Positions 17,201-20,000 of a DNA stretch of 20,000 nt are shown here, piece after piece. This DNA comes from an uncultured virus (IMG/VR IMGVR_UViG_3300042556_002263) (Duplodnaviria; Heunggongvirae; Uroviricota; Caudoviricetes): the IMG/VR virus record IMGVR_UViG_3300042556_002263, one strand, 5' to 3'. Each line of letters opens with the position of its first letter. Positions within the stretch are counted from its first letter, which is position 1. The position numbers were made by a program, and so were the translations under genes. The notes under the pieces are model-generated. The model worked only from the letters and a program-made list of their open reading frames with translations, had not been told where the DNA came from and did not search any database.

Positions 17201-19913
17201 CATCGTCAAGCGGCAGTTCATCCATTAAATCATTAATATATTTTTTCTTTTCGCGGTCATTTGCCCCCTTATTGTCAGGGGCAATACGCATATTCCTTTG
17301 TGCTCTCCATGTGGCAAGTAGGCCACCTTTTCTTTTTGATGAACGGTCTGATGGATTTTCTGGTTTACCATCAATCAAGTCTCTAACATCATCTGTACTT
17401 ATTTCGCCGTTTCGAATTTTTACCGCTATGTCGCTAGTTCTTCTTCCGCCGAACGGGTCGTATTCTCGACTCCCCCCCTCGGATGGGGTGCGTGGTTCTG
17501 GGGCTGTTGGCACAACTATTCCTATGTCGTCTGCCGACCACCACGGAGCAAGTCCACTAGGGGTTGATGGCGTTGGTGCGCCATCTGGAACATCTGGAGT
17601 TGGTCCATCTGGTGCAGTTGAGCCTCCAGGTGTAGGTGGTGTTGATGCGGGGACCAAGGGTGATGGTGAATAAACCTTGTCTATAAAACTGTCTAGTTCT
17701 GGGTCGTCGCCTATTAGGCCAACTTTTCTGTTTGCCGCTAATTCTGTAATTGTTTCAAGAAGAGCAATGCTTCTTTCCCTATTTGCTTTTTTAAATCCTA
17801 TCGAGTCAGCATTGCCAATTGCTTGAAGAGCAGTTTGCTGTACATCTCCAGAGTATCTTCCTGCAACACCGTCTAATCTCCTATCGATGAGGTCTTCTAT
17901 ATCGGCACCAAGAGCAGCCCGAAGATGTTCTGGAGAGGCTGCTTCCAGAAAAGATTGAGCGACATCAAGAAGTTCACCGTTTGTCATATCGTCGAGTTTT
18001 TTTACCGTTCCATCACTGTTTTTAGGCAATAGTCCGGTGAAATCAGAAATACCTGATTCAGACATTGCTTCGACATAGCGACCTATTGAACGAATTTGGT
18101 CGTAATGGTAAGCCTCATGAGCCGCTGCTTGAGCGCCAAAATCTCTCCAACCATTTCCAGTCATCGCTGCTAGGTCTACCGAATATGTATGAGCCCAATA
18201 TCTGCCTGTTTCATCGGCATGAATTGTGGCCGCTATTGCCGCCCATTGTTGTTCCTGAAGTCCGCCAGTTGCTTCGTATATATCTATTGAGCCCTCTGGT
18301 GGTGCGCCTCTATGCCCCTGAACAGCCGGACCAGAACCTATGTATAAATAATCGCCTCCAGCCATTCCGTTGAGGTTGGTGAAATCATGAGCATCCGGTC
18401 CACCTCCATGTTGTTTTGTAAAGCCAGACGGGTTCACAGTTATTTTTACATTTTTTAATTCTTGCGGTCTTAGGGTTGCGTCTATTGCAAGTTGCTCAAG
18501 AGCGCCAATTTTCATTTGAGACTCTCTATCCATCATCGCTTCTATAGCCCTAGCGAATGGTGTTCCAGTTCCCTTCTCGGCCTGAAACTTTGCCTCAAGT
18601 TGACTTGGCGTTAATCCTGGATATCTTGCTTCTATAGCGTCAGCATGAATTCTAAAAAATTCATCTCTTAAAAACTGTTGATGTGTTTCTTTTGTTCCGC
18701 CTACATAAAACTCATGACCGCTAGCGGCAAATCCATATCTAGGGTCGCGACCAATTGCTTCTAAAAGATTAACTATGTCCGCTTCTTCGTCTCCTGTAGT
18801 TGGAACGCCAAGTTCGGACATTAAACGCTGAACTGTGTCTCTTTTTTCCTGAGCAATTCTTGCCATTCTCTCGGCTCGACCATCGGTAAGGCGCATTGCC
18901 TCTCTCAGTGTTGGTGCTATTGATGCCCTATATGACGGGTCGAAGTATTTTTCTCCGACAAGGTGGTCCGGTCCACCAAGGTCCGTGTATGCGGAAGCCA
19001 ACGAAGCGAGACCACGCATACCGTCTCGTTTGTATGCTTCTCTGATTTTTGTGGCAGAAATACCAACCTGTAAAAGACTTGCAACGAGTGTTACCCTGTC
19101 CTGTGATTGTGCAATATTTTGCACCGCGCCAACTATCGACTCGTCGTCCTCCGGCATTGTAAGAACCATTGCCATCGCTGCAACTATCTTTTGCCCTGCC
19201 TGTGAAACTGCAAAACAGCCTTCACCTCTTTCGTTTGTGAATCTGTTTGCCGCAGGCGTTCCGGGCGGGCATCTGAATTTTCCAAGAGCATCAACTACAA
19301 CACCGGCGGCTCTGGCGGCAAAATTTATTAATTTTCCGCCCGTTTCAGATTCGCCAATTGTCTTACCAAGACCTTTTACCTCTAGGCCCTTGTCTTCATA
19401 TGGCGCAAATGGGTCAAACGGGTCGTGCCCTGTTGACTTGATTGGATTGCCAGTTCTTGGGTCAAGTTTGTATCTTTTAACGCCAACTTTTACACCTGGT
19501 GGAGAAATTGGAGTATTGCTTTGCCCTGGTTTAACCCATCCAAAATTCGGAACAGGGTCAGCCGACATGAGGGCCGCTTTTCTTTCCGGTTCTGTCACAT
19601 GCATCTTGAGGTATGTGCCTGGTTCTTTTTTCCCGTTGGGGTCGTAAACCATTCCCCTGTCATTTACGAGTTTTGAAGAACTAGCACTTTCAAGACCGCG
19701 TTTTCTTCCGTCAGAATCGCCACTAGTTGAAGCACCAGGCATTGCCGCCTTAACAGAAACGTCGGCAATCAATCTCTCCGTGCTTGAAGTTACCCTCACT
19801 CCGGCTTTGAATAAAATTGCAGAGATGTCTGGGTCTAGACGGGTCTGTTTTGTTCGTATGCCAGGAGCGTAGTGGCGAATTTTTCTGTAGTTCACCCCCG
19901 TCATGCGGGCCAC
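14253..19913 (-). CDS. Giant multidomain protein (1886 aa): RCP..RFT..C tag, HExxH metallopeptidase-like domain, Pro-rich linker, split degenerate VIP2-like ART, C-terminal DUF3626-like domain
   Basis: AAAHEAYH at 18105-18119 with downstream GRYS..LLETITE. KVRVVVPPGSKA..DVLVPPG resembles the VIP2 ART C-half. ADYG..ELVIR...KRIGYGRADS..FEGFIVGEISLNDIEHI resembles DUF3626. Start is GTG 19913 or ATG 19904. Confidence 0.65.
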   Translation of the reverse strand: MARMTGVNYRKIRHYAPGIRTKQTRLDPDISAILFKAGVRVTSSTERLIADVSVKAAMPGASTSGDSDGRKRGLESASSSKLVNDRGMVYDPNGKKEPGTYLKMHVTEPERKAALMSADPVPNFGWVKPGQSNTPISPPGVKVGVKRYKLDPRTGNPIKSTGHDPFDPFAPYEDKGLEVKGLGKTIGESETGGKLINFAARAAGVVVDALGKFRCPPGTPAANRFTNERGEGCFAVSQAGQKIVAAMAMVLTMPEDDESIVGAVQNIAQSQDRVTLVASLLQVGISATKIREAYKRDGMRGLASLASAYTDLGGPDHLVGEKYFDPSYRASIAPTLREAMRLTDGRAERMARIAQEKRDTVQRLMSELGVPTTGDEEADIVNLLEAIGRDPRYGFAASGHEFYVGGTKETHQQFLRDEFFRIHADAIEARYPGLTPSQLEAKFQAEKGTGTPFARAIEAMMDRESQMKIGALEQLAIDATLRPQELKNVKITVNPSGFTKQHGGGPDAHDFTNLNGMAGGDYLYIGSGPAVQGHRGAPPEGSIDIYEATGGLQEQQWAAIAATIHADETGRYWAHTYSVDLAAMTGNGWRDFGAQAAAHEAYHYDQIRSIGRYVEAMSESGISDFTGLLPKNSDGTVKKLDDMTNGELLDVAQSFLEAASPEHLRAALGADIEDLIDRRLDGVAGRYSGDVQQTALQAIGNADSIGFKKANRERSIALLETITELAANRKVGLIGDDPELDSFIDKVYSPSPLVPASTPPTPGGSTAPDGPTPDVPDGAPTPSTPSGLAPWWSADDIGIVVPTAPEPRTPSEGGSREYDPFGGRRTSDIAVKIRNGEISTDDVRDLIDGKPENPSDRSSKRKGGLLATWRAQRNMRIAPDNKGANDREKKKYINDLMDELPLDDVDLKEMASSLLRGDTISPDEEAKLVEAITKLREKYLEAGQKLKEARELFDAGCPPDVRARDRDSYDDVGPCRSYLERVERTVKQWEDTQSRIGRGLIAPINDIWDINEYLKTNGSLPGTRAIWEMRPDAPEFLREYSGGMASASRVSQSQNAKLSAGEIETISRAVESTPVSSISSVDNPGYGADAAMLEDIYSSYGIKPQNETSFDDTETVIPVLQIIDKSEVDEEIIAEFEIDESDYEIGSVIETEGISKAEVYGRGFASSSRAATGAGIAGRLLNSRAARKAMEKMGVDPENEDLVSLAAETAIAFSAGGPAAALIPIARRGSRDAAEKMLGMMLMKGWISPEVAEKVRAYGLDKIAKEGLPEEIIKAINEIADSVNTEENKASAIRMVGVLQERASELSEATKSKLSGARDRVSSLFGKSEFDEIEIKVLGPGLREKPQPEKKKPTGKKQKVRVVVPPGSKAKVEKSGDVLVPPGKMKVTGFGEDGVAEAEITEQVSAIEYMKKAEEKLAKSIEKTTDERVKKLLSGSSEKYKKSRRDLMISSGNYSSSGMSRATLDKAEEIINSASQMGYALFNDKNVYINGNKISVDEYYDTFLKSIRASIKQIKEEASKEMFPEEKELNRFLKSNSEDEIYKILLKIAGSVFGAIDRRARVSMTKSSLQEFLTSGKIANIDVDSKMLSEMKKNRDKIIGGSVSSAEFSLTPVELMHESDTKRIEQNLFMAGTRVGSEEFADYGRGIELVIRSENSKRIGYGRADSEDNEGFYSLLTDDSQQRIMMTVFGNVIKGGKQAAETITSALYAYMNKDYRNFLRDNGDDVFEGFIVGEISLNDIEHIKIPISIFDIENKPVSKSHQIGGKKRVSSMLKARGMTDAQINDFFNKGGMVGGGYNPKYLTYLLQVEAAQELKERLISFGVAEVIFTNKNGIDIMAEQTWIAPPPYGMTGIRALRQLAKMEVNAIIEKTVPDKKGSKPKEKVAS

Positions 19914-19919
19914 GCTTTC

Positions 19920-20000
19920 TTAGATACTAGGGTCGATATTTTTGAACTCTTCCTCGAGCAGTTCAAACTCGATTAGAGAAGACTTGATGTCCTCAGGAAG
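19920..20000 (-). CDS. C-terminal end of an upstream gene (truncated by the window); identity unknown, possibly a head maturation or scaffold gene
   Basis: Manual translation ...LPEDIKSSLIEFELLEEEFKNIDPSI*; the stop lies 6 nt before the next GTG. Confidence 0.55.
   Translation of the reverse strand, partial: LPEDIKSSLIEFELLEEEFKNIDPSI

Noticed and set aside
17480..17670. Pro/Thr-rich stretch with short imperfect DNA repeats (CATCTGG)
   Set aside because: Explained as a low-complexity protein linker; there is no regular period or spacer structure.
18720..18734. GFAAS as a further linker motif (also GFAT at 7440-7451)
   Set aside because: Weaker matches that are not clearly at a domain boundary, so they were not counted.
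1059..19647. Many + strand ORFs (e.g. 9044..9514, 10166..10726, 16060..16488, 18985..19647)
   Set aside because: They are antisense shadows of long minus-strand genes, with Ser/Phe/Leu-rich composition and no recognisable motifs.
1..20000. CRISPR array, tRNA, DGR or retron RT, IS element, or stop-codon recoding
   Set aside because: No regular direct repeats, cloverleaf, RT or transposase motifs were seen; genes tile densely under the standard code and use TAA, TGA and TAG as stops.

Overview
This window is a fragment of a tailed dsDNA phage genome (Caudoviricetes, HK97-fold capsid); an Actinobacterial host is a weak inference. The + strand holds the C-terminus of a class II (B12-dependent, RTPR-type) ribonucleotide reductase and a small putative structural gene ending at a GC-rich terminator. 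The rest is a mostly translationally coupled minus-strand head module. About 15.6 kb upstream of the major capsid gene (2811-4148) encodes four large mosaic proteins (1886, 667, 1002, 1108 aa) and several small ORFs. By eye, the large proteins carry zeta-toxin-like kinase, HExxH metallopeptidase, ADP-ribosyltransferase-like, HipA/PI3K-like and JAB-like domains, several apparently lacking catalytic residues. They share a short-motif grammar: x-x-K-[ASGV]-[LI]-G-like sites (also in the capsid protein), two paired tags (RFDPxAxDGDGDGxxQxG..RP and RCPxG.....RFTxxRxxxC), G-[FM]-[AS]-S linkers at domain boundaries, and an MxTW..GxIKGFxFE..KA leader on two small proteins. This suggests capsid-packaged, proteolytically processed effector polyproteins. 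All domain calls come from manual motif recognition, not database searches.
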